From positions 32,001-96,000 of the forward strand of contig JAFGDV010000012.1 in the NCBI GenBank assembly GCA_016931955.1: a stretch of 64,000 nucleotides of DNA. Direction: 5' to 3'. The notes under the pieces were generated by a model that saw only the letters and a program-made list of their open reading frames with translations, ran no database searches and was not told the DNA's origin. How positions within the stretch are numbered: position 1 is the stretch's first letter; every line of letters begins with the position of its first letter. This document shows, piece after piece, positions 11,631 to 22,583 of the stretch. Source of the stretch: Candidatus Altiarchaeota archaeon. GTDB lineage: Archaea; Altiarchaeota; Altiarchaeia; IMC4; QMZM01. The position numbers and the translations under genes are program-made.

Positions 11631-12827
11631 ATGAGGATTCTGTTCATCCACGACAACCACAAACATCTAGGTGGGGCTGAAACATATCTATTCCAACTCA
11701 TGAAGCTACTAAAGGGTAGAGGACATAGTGTTTACTTTTTCTCAATCGACAAGAATGTTGAAGCAAGAACAGAGGATATCTTCGTCTACAAAGAAAAAAG
11801 AAAGAACAGATTAGCAAAGCACTTATCCTATTACTATCTCGATTGGGGCATATACAAAGCCCTCAAGAATTGGATAAAGGAGATAAAACCTGACGTAATC
11901 CATCTGCAGAATATTCAGAAATGTCCTATAACGTTGCTTCTTGCAGCAACCAGTTCAGGAATCCCCGTGGTATATACTGTCCACGACGTAGGAATCCTGT
12001 GTCTGACTGGTTTATGTATCAAGCCTTCTGGAGAAGTGTGCGGAGGAGGATTTGGGGTGAAATGCGTATGGAGTGGTTGTGTTAGCCTTAAAGGTTACTT
12101 ATACAATTTTCTGCCGAAGATTATCAAAAAATATCTCATCAAAAACAGGATAAAGCTGATTATCTCTCCAAGCAGAGCATTCGAAAAACTTTTGGGAGAT
12201 GATGGATACGCGAACGTGGCCCACATAAAAAACTTCATAGATATTCAAAATTGTGATGTTGATCAAACAAAAATTGAGAGGGGTAATGTATTATTTGTTG
12301 GTATGTTGGAGCAGCATAAGGGAGTATATCCCTTGATGAATGCATTTTCTAGCGTATCCAATAAAATACCTTCGGCTGTCCTACACATAGTTGGAGAAGG
12401 TCGCGAAAAGGAAGGTATGACAAAAAAGGCCAACGAGTTGGGTTTTCTTGAGAAGGTGGTTTTTCATGGGAAAATTCCTAAAGAGGAGCTTGCAACATTT
12501 TATCAGAAAGCAAACTTGGTGGTTTTCCCCTCTGTTTGCATGGAGAATAGTCCCTACGTTATCAGGGAGGCTATGGCTTCAGGTCGGCCTGTTGTAGCCA
12601 GTAACATTGGTGGTATTCCTGAGCTTGTAGTTGAGGGGGAAACTGGTTTTCTGGTTAGCGTTAGAAACCCTGACGAATTGACTGAAAAAATACTTCGATT
12701 GTTGTCTGACTGGAATCTTGCTAAGAAAATGGGGGAAAACGCAAGGAGGATAGCTGAAAAAGATTTAAAAGCGAACGATCATTTGGATAAAATCTTGGAG
12801 GTTTATACTTCACTTTCAGAGAAATGA
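11631..12827 (+). CDS. Glycosyltransferase family 4
   Basis: MRILFIHD...GGAETY start at 11631; ENSPYVIREAMASGRPVVASNIGG. The longer ORF from 11418 overlaps the divergent gene. Confidence 0.9.
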   Translation: MRILFIHDNHKHLGGAETYLFQLMKLLKGRGHSVYFFSIDKNVEARTEDIFVYKEKRKNRLAKHLSYYYLDWGIYKALKNWIKEIKPDVIHLQNIQKCPITLLLAATSSGIPVVYTVHDVGILCLTGLCIKPSGEVCGGGFGVKCVWSGCVSLKGYLYNFLPKIIKKYLIKNRIKLIISPSRAFEKLLGDDGYANVAHIKNFIDIQNCDVDQTKIERGNVLFVGMLEQHKGVYPLMNAFSSVSNKIPSAVLHIVGEGREKEGMTKKANELGFLEKVVFHGKIPKEELATFYQKANLVVFPSVCMENSPYVIREAMASGRPVVASNIGGIPELVVEGETGFLVSVRNPDELTEKILRLLSDWNLAKKMGENARRIAEKDLKANDHLDKILEVYTSLSEK

Positions 12828-13678
12828 ACGTATCTATAATAATCCCTTGCTCTGCCGAGCATGCGAAATATCTGGATGATCTGTTTAATGCTTTGTCAAA
12901 GCAGAAGTTTAAGGATGAATTTGAGGTTATCCTAGTTCTGGAAGACGGCAATTGGGGAATGGATGATAAGATAAGTAATTATCCATTGAACGTAAAATTG
13001 TGTTCTTCTCAGCTTAGGAATCCTGGAGCTAATAGAAATATCGCAATAAAGGAAGCTAATGGTAACGTGATTGCATTTATTGACAGTGATTGTGTACCCA
13101 CTGAGAATTGGCTTGAGAACTTGATTAAACCCCTAGGGGAATATGATGGTTCTCAGGGGATTGATTATTCATACGACGACTCCTATCTTGGGAAGTTTAT
13201 GGAAAAACAGCAGTTGAATTTTCTGTATAGCTCAGTTGTAGATGGGCGCTGTAAGTTCATAGACACACGTAATTGCGCCATACGGCTGGATGTGTTAAAC
13301 AAGGTTGGTGGTTTTGATGAGAGATTGGAAACTTCTGAAGACAAAGACCTTGGCTATAGACTCTACAAATCAGGATTCAATGTTGTATTGAATAAAGAGG
13401 CAATAGTCTATCACAGGTGGAGAAAAGGAAGCCTTCTGGGATTCTTTAAATGGGGTATGTGGTATGGCAAAGGCGACTACGTATTCAGGCAGAAATGGGA
13501 TAAAATGTCTTTCCATTCTGGTTTTAGGAGCGCATTAAATGACTTGAAGTCTTCACTTTTTTACTTGATCAAAAGTCTTTGTTCCTCAGGTGATGAAAGA
13601 GAAGTCAATTTGCTTTTTTCTTTCAGACAGTTTGGTGTAGCCTTTGGTAAGCTAAAGGCTATGTTGTTTAAAACCTAA
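12824..13678 (+). CDS. Glycosyltransferase family 2
   Basis: VSIIIP, RN...FIDSDC and GGFDE...EDKDL motifs. Confidence 0.85.
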   Translation: MNVSIIIPCSAEHAKYLDDLFNALSKQKFKDEFEVILVLEDGNWGMDDKISNYPLNVKLCSSQLRNPGANRNIAIKEANGNVIAFIDSDCVPTENWLENLIKPLGEYDGSQGIDYSYDDSYLGKFMEKQQLNFLYSSVVDGRCKFIDTRNCAIRLDVLNKVGGFDERLETSEDKDLGYRLYKSGFNVVLNKEAIVYHRWRKGSLLGFFKWGMWYGKGDYVFRQKWDKMSFHSGFRSALNDLKSSLFYLIKSLCSSGDEREVNLLFSFRQFGVAFGKLKAMLFKT

Positions 13679-14416
13679 CGCCTCTAAGCATTCTCCATTA
13701 GTCAAATATTTTACATCGGGTTTATCGGCTACGTGCTCAAATATCTTTTCCAGTCTATCCCACATTTCCAATTTCTCGACTTCCCATGAATGCCCCCATA
13801 CATGGAATATTCCGCCTTTCTTGAGAACTTTCTCAAAGAGTCGCTTTGCACGCGACTCCCAGCTGAAAATTGACTTCTGGGGCAAAGAATACGTCTTATG
13901 TAATTTTATATTTCTTGGTCGCGGATAGACCTGTACTGTTGTCGCGAACTCGAATGGATCCTTTGGGGGATCTGTAATACCCATCTCAACTGTTCTAGCT
14001 CCTAAGAAACCTGCATCCTTGACTATCGCTTTAGTTTCATTGCTGAAATCGCCATAAGGGTAACAGAACATCTTAACTTCGTGTCCTAGAATATCTTCTA
14101 GATACTCTTTTGATCCCTTTATCTCCTCTCTCACATCTTTTATAGACAGTTGAGATAAATAGGGATGATTTAGTGTGTGTGCACCAATCTCATGTTTCCC
14201 ATCTAAGTCTAACAAATCTTCTTTCGTAAGGGAACCTGTTTTTATACTCTCCTCAACCAGCTGTGACCTGTCTCCCTCATTCAGGGTATCTATTGCTTCA
14301 ATCTTTGGAACATAGAATGTCCCCTTAAGCGAGAATTTGTCCAGTAGCTCTGACAATTGTTTATCTAGGATGTGTCCGTCATCCCAGCTTGTTGTTACAA
14401 AAATCTTTTTTTCCAT
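13652..14416 (-). CDS. Polysaccharide deacetylase (CE4)
   Basis: TTSWDDG, EIGAHTLNHP, FCYPYG and HVWGHSWE motifs. Confidence 0.9.
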   Translation of the reverse strand: MEKKIFVTTSWDDGHILDKQLSELLDKFSLKGTFYVPKIEAIDTLNEGDRSQLVEESIKTGSLTKEDLLDLDGKHEIGAHTLNHPYLSQLSIKDVREEIKGSKEYLEDILGHEVKMFCYPYGDFSNETKAIVKDAGFLGARTVEMGITDPPKDPFEFATTVQVYPRPRNIKLHKTYSLPQKSIFSWESRAKRLFEKVLKKGGIFHVWGHSWEVEKLEMWDRLEKIFEHVADKPDVKYLTNGECLEALGFKQHSL

Positions 14417-14420
14417 GTTT

Positions 14421-15320
14421 TCACAAACAGATTATTCTACGCTCTATGCTTCCTCGTATTCTACCTAGTTTGTAGGCAAACCATTGTACAAACTGGCAGA
14501 TTGGTATCCCCACATACAATGCTTTGTCCCCTTTGTGGAAAGGCGCATTTAGGATTCTCCATGGAAGGCGGAGGAAAAGAGCTTTAAACATGACTTTATA
14601 GATTCCCCAGTCAATGGTGTGGTTCTTCCCTAGCATGTCTCTGTGTTTTTTAAAGTATCTTACATACCATCTCCCATATCTGTAAAACTGCCGATATAGT
14701 TCATACAATGAGGTTCGATGTTTATGTAAGACGACTGCATCAGGTTCATAAATCAACTTATACCCTGCTTTTGTCACCCTCCAACCCATGTCTACATCCC
14801 CCCCAGAGTACTGTGCTCCGTCAAAGTAGCCCAATTCCTCTATTATTTTCCGTCTGTAGGCAGCATTAGCTGTGACGATGTAGGGGTATTTTTCCTTGAC
14901 ATTCCATTCTTGTATTAGAACGTATTTGGCCGAGTATTTTTCTACCACCGTTTGTGGGTTGTATGCTACAACTTTTCCACCGACGCCTGCGATCTTGTCG
15001 TCTGTGAAGTTCCTCATCAAGTTTTTAAGCCAGTTCTTGTCTACTTCGCAGTCTCCGTCTGTGAATGCCAGTATCTCTCCTTTGGCGTTTTTTACTGCTA
15101 GGTTTCTCGCATAGAATTGCCCTTTTCTGCTTTCGAATAGGTATCTCACAGGATATTTCTGTATCACTTCTTTCGTGGAGTCTGTGGAGTTGTTATCCAC
15201 CACTATGACTTCCGTCTTTTCTTTTGGGTAGTTTAGATCCAGTATAGATTCTATGCATTCTCCCACTATCCTCTCTGCGTTGTGTACTGGCACAATTACT
15301 GAGACAGTTGGTAATTCCAT
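14421..15320 (-). CDS. Glycosyltransferase family 2
   Basis: VSVIVPVHN, VVDNNSTD, FTDGDC and GGDVD motifs. Confidence 0.9.
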   Translation of the reverse strand: MELPTVSVIVPVHNAERIVGECIESILDLNYPKEKTEVIVVDNNSTDSTKEVIQKYPVRYLFESRKGQFYARNLAVKNAKGEILAFTDGDCEVDKNWLKNLMRNFTDDKIAGVGGKVVAYNPQTVVEKYSAKYVLIQEWNVKEKYPYIVTANAAYRRKIIEELGYFDGAQYSGGDVDMGWRVTKAGYKLIYEPDAVVLHKHRTSLYELYRQFYRYGRWYVRYFKKHRDMLGKNHTIDWGIYKVMFKALFLRLPWRILNAPFHKGDKALYVGIPICQFVQWFAYKLGRIRGSIERRIICL

Positions 15321-15385
15321 AATAGCACTTAGAGATTTATGGTAGTAGGATATATATGCTAAGAAGACAAAATAAATAGATCCCT

Positions 15386-16834
15386 ATGACACTTAAAAGA
15401 AAAGCTATAAGGAGTAGCATTTTAATATTCGGTAAGACTCTCTTTCAGAGAGGTGCCAGTTTTGTAAGTAAAATAATCTTGGCTAGGCTCCTTGTACCAG
15501 CGGATTTTGGTTTGGTCGCTATCGCATCTCTGGTTGTAAACGGCATAGGCTTGTTTAGGGATATCGGTATAAACTCTGCTCTAATTTATAAAAAAGAGGA
15601 TGAAAGTGCAACAGCAGATACCTCTTTCTTGATTATCTGGGTGGTAAGCATCTTCTTATATCTTATTGCTTTCATGTTGGCTCCTTTTGTAGCTGATTTT
15701 TTTGGAGAAGAGGTAGTTGTGGACATTATTAGAATATCAGCTCTCACATTTCTTCTATACGCCGTTGGATTTGTTCCAATGACTTTGCTTGAAAAGAGGA
15801 TAAAGTTCAGAAGGTATGTTGCTGTTGAGCTTATATCAACTGTTGTGGGTATATCCACTATGTTATACATGGCTTTTGTTGGCTTTGGTGTCTGGAGTCT
15901 TATCTACGGTGGCTTAATTGGCGGGTCTGCTGGAGCCGTTGCTGTCTGGTTTTTGACTTCCTGGAGGCCTAGATGGGTATTTGACAAAAAGATTGCTAAA
16001 GAATTGATAGGGTATGGGAAGTTCATGTTGGGTGTGACGCTTGCGATTTTTTTGATTCAGAATATTGATAATGCTGTAATTGGGAAGGTTATTGGCATGT
16101 CTATGCTTGGAATTTATACGATGGCATATTCTATCTGTAATCTTCCGGCGAATACCGTCATGCAGACTATAAATCAGGTGCTTTTTCCCACTTATTCTAG
16201 GATACAGGATGATATCCCAAAGCTTAGGAGGGGTTATCTCAAGGTTTTTAATCTTGTTTCATTGCTTGTTTTCCCCATATCTTCTGGTATCTTCATCCTA
16301 GCGCCTGAGTTTGTCACGATTGTTTTAAGCGAGAAATGGATTCCTGCCATTCCCGCTATCCAGATACTGTGTTTTTTTGGTTTGTTTCGTTCTTTGGCTG
16401 GGACTACTGGTGAGGTTTTTAAGGCTTTAGGTAAACCTGATATTCCTTTTAAAGCCTATAGTGCTCAATTCTTGATTATTCTCTTACTGATTTATCCGTT
16501 CACTCTCCAGTTTGGTATTGTTGGAGCAAGTGTGGTTGTGACATCCTCTATTCTCCTTATAATGCTGTGGCTGCTATTCAGGGTATGTAAGGCTTTGGAG
16601 ATCAAGTTCAGTTCTTTATCTGCGATTTCTGTAGTGCATTTGTTGTCTTCTTTGGTCATGGTCTTGATTGTTTACCTAATTAAAACAAGCCTAGGTATGA
16701 CTCTTTTATCTTTAGTTACTTCAGTCCTTGTTGGAGCGATAGTTTATGTCTCCACAGTATATGTTCTAACGAGAGGAAGGGCTGTTTCAGATGCTATGGA
16801 GGTTGTTTCTGCTCTTAGAGGAGTCAGATCATAG
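15386..16834 (+). CDS. Oligosaccharide flippase (Wzx/WzxC, MOP superfamily)
   Basis: ILARLLVPADFGLVA, LGIYTMAY and VLFPTYSRIQD motifs; about 12 hydrophobic segments. Confidence 0.9.
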   Translation: MTLKRKAIRSSILIFGKTLFQRGASFVSKIILARLLVPADFGLVAIASLVVNGIGLFRDIGINSALIYKKEDESATADTSFLIIWVVSIFLYLIAFMLAPFVADFFGEEVVVDIIRISALTFLLYAVGFVPMTLLEKRIKFRRYVAVELISTVVGISTMLYMAFVGFGVWSLIYGGLIGGSAGAVAVWFLTSWRPRWVFDKKIAKELIGYGKFMLGVTLAIFLIQNIDNAVIGKVIGMSMLGIYTMAYSICNLPANTVMQTINQVLFPTYSRIQDDIPKLRRGYLKVFNLVSLLVFPISSGIFILAPEFVTIVLSEKWIPAIPAIQILCFFGLFRSLAGTTGEVFKALGKPDIPFKAYSAQFLIILLLIYPFTLQFGIVGASVVVTSSILLIMLWLLFRVCKALEIKFSSLSAISVVHLLSSLVMVLIVYLIKTSLGMTLLSLVTSVLVGAIVYVSTVYVLTRGRAVSDAMEVVSALRGVRS

Positions 16835-16840
16835 CTCCCT

Positions 16841-18298
16841 TCAATCACGCTTTTTCCAAACATACATTCCTTCCGGGATTCTAGAATCATTCAGCTGATA
16901 ATAGTCTTTCTCTAAGAGTAGATCTTCTGCTTGCTGAACCTCATCGAACTCAAAATCGCTGAGTAGGACTATTGGGGGTTTATTCTCTACTAAGATTTCG
17001 TTAAATTCTGTTAGATTAATTGTAACTAGTACAGATCTATCAGAGTAGTATTTCAAAAAATCTTCTCGTTCAAAGGTGGTTGCTAGAACCAGATCATCTG
17101 GATTTGATACAACATTTATATACCTAGCTACATCCCTTATCTCTCCATGATACGCACTATTACCATGCATACCAATTACTCCATATACCGAAAAAATCAC
17201 GAACAGAACGAGAATAGGGAAATGGACATTTTTTGGCAGCATCTGAAGCCCTAATGCCGCAGAAATGATGAAAGGCGGAACTAGGGAGTACAAGAAGTAA
17301 TCGTGTTCATATACGGCTCCGGGCATCAAGACAAAAAACATCAAGCCATAGGCAAATAATATTAGAATGATTGAATTTTTGAATAATTTTTCTTTATCAT
17401 CAAACTCAAATTTCTTTGTTAAAGCATTCCAAAACCAGATGAATGATAGTGTAAGAACAATAAACCCGACTTGACTCATAAATCGGTCAAGAAAAACTCG
17501 GTAAAAACTAGGGGATAATAGTAATTCTAATCCTAAGTATTTATCTACTGCACTTGATAGATGAGCTACATTACCAGATAAGAGATTTATATGTAGCATA
17601 TTAATCAAAAATGCAATAAATGCAACTATGGGTATCAAAGAGAATAGTTTGATATTAACTTTAGACCTAAACAGAATCGAGACCAAAAAGAATAAAAACA
17701 CAAAAGGTAGGAAATAGTGGGAATCAAGTCCACCAAATAGGGTAATCAGGATAAGATAATAAAAATATTTTTTCTCATTATCCTCTATCCATTTGATAAA
17801 TAAATAGATAAATAAAAACTGAAAAAATAAACCTATGGGGAAACCAAACCGATCAAAATATACTGCTTCAGGAACAACCGCTAAGAAAATTGTTGATATA
17901 AGAGCAGTATTTTTATCCCAAATTTTAGAGACAATAGCATAAAGGAGGATTATATTAGCTAACCCAAAGAGTATATAGGGTAAACGAATGGTCCACTCGT
18001 TAACACCTAGAATCATATGGAATAATGACAGGAGTATAACACCAAATTGGGGGTAATTAGAATAGTATATAAGTTTACCATCAATTACGTTGGTTACCGC
18101 CCCAAATTTAGTTTCTAAAAAACCATATCTTAGGTGATTTCTCTCCACCACACCCAATTGAGCGCCCATTAAATCATGATGTCCTACAAAACTCTCTGTT
18201 ATCTCATATGACCTAAACAACAAGCCAAGTACCAAAACTAGGAGAAGAGCCTTATTTTTAAAAAGGAATCTTTTAAGTTTACTAATCACGTTATCCAT
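16841..18298 (-). CDS. GT-C membrane glycosyltransferase (ArnT/PMT_2-like)
   Basis: YSNYP, GVNEWTIRLP and HDYF motifs; multiple transmembrane segments. Confidence 0.75.
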   Translation of the reverse strand: MDNVISKLKRFLFKNKALLLVLVLGLLFRSYEITESFVGHHDLMGAQLGVVERNHLRYGFLETKFGAVTNVIDGKLIYYSNYPQFGVILLSLFHMILGVNEWTIRLPYILFGLANIILLYAIVSKIWDKNTALISTIFLAVVPEAVYFDRFGFPIGLFFQFLFIYLFIKWIEDNEKKYFYYLILITLFGGLDSHYFLPFVFLFFLVSILFRSKVNIKLFSLIPIVAFIAFLINMLHINLLSGNVAHLSSAVDKYLGLELLLSPSFYRVFLDRFMSQVGFIVLTLSFIWFWNALTKKFEFDDKEKLFKNSIILILFAYGLMFFVLMPGAVYEHDYFLYSLVPPFIISAALGLQMLPKNVHFPILVLFVIFSVYGVIGMHGNSAYHGEIRDVARYINVVSNPDDLVLATTFEREDFLKYYSDRSVLVTINLTEFNEILVENKPPIVLLSDFEFDEVQQAEDLLLEKDYYQLNDSRIPEGMYVWKKRD

Positions 18299-18406
18299 CC
18301 CCAGTTATTAGAATATCTATGCTATATATAGATAGTTCATTAATATATAAAAACTGCGCATATATTATCATACATTATCCCATAACTTTATAATTTAAAT
18401 AAACAA

Positions 18407-19297
18407 ATGACATATAAAAACCAAAAAATAATTGCTATTGTCCCAGCATACAACGAGGAGGCAACCATCGGTAGCGTTGTACTAACTGCCAAGAACTATG
18501 TGGATAAGGTGGTTATAGTAGATGATGGTAGCAGTGATAAGACTTCCGCGATCGCTGAACTTGCTGGCGCTGAGGTTGCTAGGCATGACGAAAATATGGG
18601 CTATGGCGCAGCTATTAAAACTTGTTTTGATGTGGCGAAAAAATATAATGCTGATGTTATGGTCACATTGGATGGCGATGGTCAGCATAATCCCAGTGAG
18701 ATAACAAAGGTGGTAAAATCTATAATCAATGGAGAAGCTGACATCGTTATTGGGTCGAGATTTTTGGGTAAGTCAAGCCGTATTCCGGGATACAGGAAAT
18801 TCGGCATAAAGTTTCTGAATAGGATGACAAATCTATCCTCAAGAAAGGTTTCTGATACGCAGAGTGGTTTCAGAGCTTATTCACGAAAAGCAATCAACAG
18901 CTTGAGGTTAAATGAATCAGGCATGGGTATCGGCTCGGAGATATTAATGAACGCCCAAAAGCTTGATTTGAAGATAGAAGAGGTTCCAATCTCTGTCAGG
19001 TATGATGTAAGTAAGCCTTCTCAACATCCATTATCTCATGGAGCTAGTGTTTTGGGTACAGTTTTGAGTTATATTGAAGAGAAACGTCCGCTTGAGTTCT
19101 TTGGCTTAATAGGCATATTATGCTTAACATCCGGCGTCGGTTTAGGTTTTTGGGTTTTTCAAAGATACAATGAAGTACATCAGCTTGCTACTGGAAGTGC
19201 TGTAATAACGGCCATTCTTGTGCTTACCGGAATCCTCTCTATTTTTTCGGGGATCATAATTCACACAATCGTAAGTTCTCTCAGAATAAAGGAATAA
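18407..19297 (+). CDS. Glycosyltransferase family 2, DPM/DPG-synthase-like with C-terminal TM helices
   Basis: PAYNEE, VDDGSSD, LDGDGQH, IGSRF and DTQSGFRA motifs. Confidence 0.9.
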   Translation: MTYKNQKIIAIVPAYNEEATIGSVVLTAKNYVDKVVIVDDGSSDKTSAIAELAGAEVARHDENMGYGAAIKTCFDVAKKYNADVMVTLDGDGQHNPSEITKVVKSIINGEADIVIGSRFLGKSSRIPGYRKFGIKFLNRMTNLSSRKVSDTQSGFRAYSRKAINSLRLNESGMGIGSEILMNAQKLDLKIEEVPISVRYDVSKPSQHPLSHGASVLGTVLSYIEEKRPLEFFGLIGILCLTSGVGLGFWVFQRYNEVHQLATGSAVITAILVLTGILSIFSGIIIHTIVSSLRIKE

Positions 19298-19307
19298 TTC
19301 AAAGAAG

Positions 19308-20276
19308 ATGTATCCTTTAGTTTCAGTAGTTGTTGTAGTCTATAATGAAGAAAAATATATCCAAGGATGTATTGAATCTCTGTTGAGATTAAACTATCCA
19401 AAAAATCGATATGAAGTTGTTGTGGTTGATGGCATGTCAACTGACAGAACACAAGAAATTGTTAAGAAGTACCCAATTAAGCTTGTAATCAATAAAGCTA
19501 GATTTTGTCCACCTGGGAGGAATCTTGGCGTTGAAAATGCGAGAGGGGATTATGTGGCGTTCACTGATGGGGACTGTGAGGTCGATGTTAACTGGTTGAA
19601 AACTTTGGTTGATGAAATCAGGAAATGCCCAGATGAAGTGGTTTCTGTGGGTGGTCCGAATCTTGTATTTGAGACTGATTCTCTTCTTGCCAGAACGATT
19701 GGACACATGCAGGAAACGTATTTAGGTTCTGGTGGCTCGGCACAATCATATAAGATTGATGAGCCCCGTTATGTTGAATCAATCCCCACTTGCAATATAC
19801 TCTACAAAAAAGAGATTTTAGCAAAGGAGAGATATGATGATGAACTCAAAATTGGCGAAGACGCTGAACTGCATTTTAGGTTGAGGCGACTAGGATATAA
19901 ATTTTTGTATCTGCCAAACGCTATTGTATGGCATCACAGACGAAGTAAAATAGTGAATTTCATTGGGCATATATGGACATATGGGAAGGCTATGGGGGGG
20001 GTAACGAGAAAACATAAAAAAATCATAAGATTTTATGCCTTTTTACCTCCTTTGGCGATAATTGCTTTGATATTAGCATACCCTCTAATACTTTATTTTC
20101 CACTGATTATTTGGATATATCTACTAGGGATTGGCATATATTCCATTGCTTTATTGATATCATCATTGCAAGTCTACAATAGGATAGGTATAACTGGGTT
20201 TATACTAACCATGCTACTATTACCCCTACAGCATTTTATTTATGGGGTTGGGTTTTTAATGGGGGCATTATTATGA
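19308..20276 (+). CDS. Glycosyltransferase family 2 (ExoA-like)
   Basis: YNEEKYI, VDGMSTD, FTDGDC and GEDAEL motifs. Confidence 0.9.
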   Translation: MYPLVSVVVVVYNEEKYIQGCIESLLRLNYPKNRYEVVVVDGMSTDRTQEIVKKYPIKLVINKARFCPPGRNLGVENARGDYVAFTDGDCEVDVNWLKTLVDEIRKCPDEVVSVGGPNLVFETDSLLARTIGHMQETYLGSGGSAQSYKIDEPRYVESIPTCNILYKKEILAKERYDDELKIGEDAELHFRLRRLGYKFLYLPNAIVWHHRRSKIVNFIGHIWTYGKAMGGVTRKHKKIIRFYAFLPPLAIIALILAYPLILYFPLIIWIYLLGIGIYSIALLISSLQVYNRIGITGFILTMLLLPLQHFIYGVGFLMGALL

Positions 20277-21349
20277 AAATAATAACAGTTTTGGGGACTA
20301 GGCCTGAAATAATTAAACTAAGCCCTTTAATACCCTTGCTTGATAAAAAATTCAAGAATATAGTCGTCCATACAGGCCAACATTATAATTGGGAGATGGA
20401 CAAGGTTTTTTTCAAGGAATTGGATCTACGAGAGCCAGATTATAACCTGCATGTTGGTTCAGGGAATAGTGCGTATCAGATAGGTACAATAATCCTTAGA
20501 TTAGAAAAAATAATTAAAAAAGAAAAACCAAACGCAGTTATTGTTTATGGGGATACAAATACTACATTGGCTGGAGCACTAGTCGGCTCAAAGATGAATT
20601 TAAAAGTAATCCATATAGAAGCAGGATGCAGATCAAGAAATAGAAAAACACCCGAAGAGATAAATAGGATACTGACGGATCACTGTTCAGATATGTTGTT
20701 CAGCATAGACGAAGAGAGTTATAGAAACCTGATTGATGAAGGAATTGATAAAAAAAGAATATTCTTAAGTGGAAATACAATTACTGAGGTGCTTTCTAGG
20801 AATAAGAAACTCAGTAAGAAATCAAAGATACTAAGGGATCTTGGCTTAAAAGAGAGGGAATACGCTGTTGTTACAATGCACAGAGCAGAAAATACTTCAA
20901 AAGAAAACATCAAATGCATTATAAAGGCGCTAAATGAAATCTCCAAGGAGAGTGATATTGTATTCCCAATACACCCAAGGACTAAAAAAGTTATTTGTTC
21001 TAACAAAATTCAGGTTTCTAAAAAGATAAAGATAACAGAGCCTCTGGGGTATCTAGATTTTATAAAGCTCTTATCTAACGCCCTATTTGTAATGACCGAC
21101 AGCGGTGGGATTCAAGCAGAAACAGTCGAATTAAACATTCCATGCTTAGTATTGAGAAATGAAACAGAATATAACGAATATATTCGCTTGGGTAAAATAA
21201 TATTGGCTGGAACCGACACGAGGAATATAATAAAAGCTTCAAAGAAATTGAGTATAAGCCATGAGAAAATAAGAAAAATAAAGTATAAACCCAAAAAAAA
21301 CGCATGTAAAAAAATAATAGAAGCAATAGAAAGCATGAGTACATATTAA
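20273..21349 (+). CDS. wecB: UDP-N-acetylglucosamine 2-epimerase (non-hydrolysing)
   Basis: GTRPEIIK, HTGQHY, GDTNT, HIEAG, PEEINR, HRAEN and TDSGGIQ motifs. Confidence 0.95.
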   Translation: MKIITVLGTRPEIIKLSPLIPLLDKKFKNIVVHTGQHYNWEMDKVFFKELDLREPDYNLHVGSGNSAYQIGTIILRLEKIIKKEKPNAVIVYGDTNTTLAGALVGSKMNLKVIHIEAGCRSRNRKTPEEINRILTDHCSDMLFSIDEESYRNLIDEGIDKKRIFLSGNTITEVLSRNKKLSKKSKILRDLGLKEREYAVVTMHRAENTSKENIKCIIKALNEISKESDIVFPIHPRTKKVICSNKIQVSKKIKITEPLGYLDFIKLLSNALFVMTDSGGIQAETVELNIPCLVLRNETEYNEYIRLGKIILAGTDTRNIIKASKKLSISHEKIRKIKYKPKKNACKKIIEAIESMSTY

Positions 21350-21389
21350 AAACCGTGAGGATTATCAAGATTTTTATCCAATAGATAGA

Positions 21390-22511
21390 ATGACTACTAA
21401 GGTATTATTTGTCAGATCAAATCCTGTTAATCCGGAGCCTAGAGTCGAAAAACAAGCACTTGCACTTGCTGAAGAAAATTTTGACGTCAACATCCTAGGG
21501 TGGGATAGAGAGGGTAGCCATCAGAGGATAGAACATAGAAACGAGTACACGATAAACAGGTTCCGACTTAAATCCAGTTATGGTTCTCTAAAACTACTTT
21601 TTTATATCCCTATCTGGTGGTTTTATGAATTTTATTATTTGATGACACGAGAATGGGATATAATACACGCTTGTGATTTTGACACATTATTGCCTGCAAT
21701 AATTGCAGCAAAAATAAAAAAAAGGAGAATAGTTTACGATATTTTTGATTTTTACTCAGGCATGATTCCCACAGGAATCCCAGAAATAGTTATAAAAATC
21801 ATCACTTTTTTAGAAAACTCCTTTCCGAGATTTGCGGATTTTGTCATTGTTCCAAATGACAGCATGACAAAACACATAAAAGGCATGAAGTCTAAGAGAA
21901 TTATAACAATCATGAATATCCCTAAAGACTTAGAGTATAACAATATGTTTATCAATTCTGAAAAAATCGATAAATTCCTGATATTTTATGGAGGTACATT
22001 TGGAAAAGATCGCGGATTAGATGAGATAATAGGAATAGTCGAAGGTATAGATGATGTACAATTAGTTATTGCTGGTTATGGTGCTGACTCAGAAAAAATA
22101 AAAGATTTATGCAACAATAGCAATAATTCAACTTTTATTGGTAGATTAAAATATGATGAGATTTTAGCTTATACACAAAAAGCAGACATGTTATTTGCAT
22201 TATATGACCCAAATATAAAAAACAACATCTTCGCCAGCCCCAACAAATTATTTGAAGCAATGATGTTAAGTAAACCAATTATCGTCAGCGACAAAACATT
22301 TATGGCAGATATTGTTAAAAAAGAGAGATGTGGTTTTGTTGTGGATTATAGAGATACTAATAGTATAAAAAACGCCATAATTAAACTCAGAGATGATCCC
22401 AAACTTTGCAAAGAATTGGGAAAAAATGGGGAAAACGCCCATGAAAAAAAATACAATTGGGATATTATGAAAAAAAGATTGCTAGAGATTTACAATTCTT
22501 TAAAAGAATAG
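21390..22511 (+). CDS. Glycosyltransferase family 4
   Basis: PEPRVEK, IHACDFDTL and ASPNKLFEAM motifs. Confidence 0.9.
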   Translation: MTTKVLFVRSNPVNPEPRVEKQALALAEENFDVNILGWDREGSHQRIEHRNEYTINRFRLKSSYGSLKLLFYIPIWWFYEFYYLMTREWDIIHACDFDTLLPAIIAAKIKKRRIVYDIFDFYSGMIPTGIPEIVIKIITFLENSFPRFADFVIVPNDSMTKHIKGMKSKRIITIMNIPKDLEYNNMFINSEKIDKFLIFYGGTFGKDRGLDEIIGIVEGIDDVQLVIAGYGADSEKIKDLCNNSNNSTFIGRLKYDEILAYTQKADMLFALYDPNIKNNIFASPNKLFEAMMLSKPIIVSDKTFMADIVKKERCGFVVDYRDTNSIKNAIIKLRDDPKLCKELGKNGENAHEKKYNWDIMKKRLLEIYNSLKE

Positions 22512-22583
22512 GATAGCTACGGTTACAAATACAAATGTGTGTTGTCACATAACTCTTTTGTCTTATCACTACAGCGTAAATTC

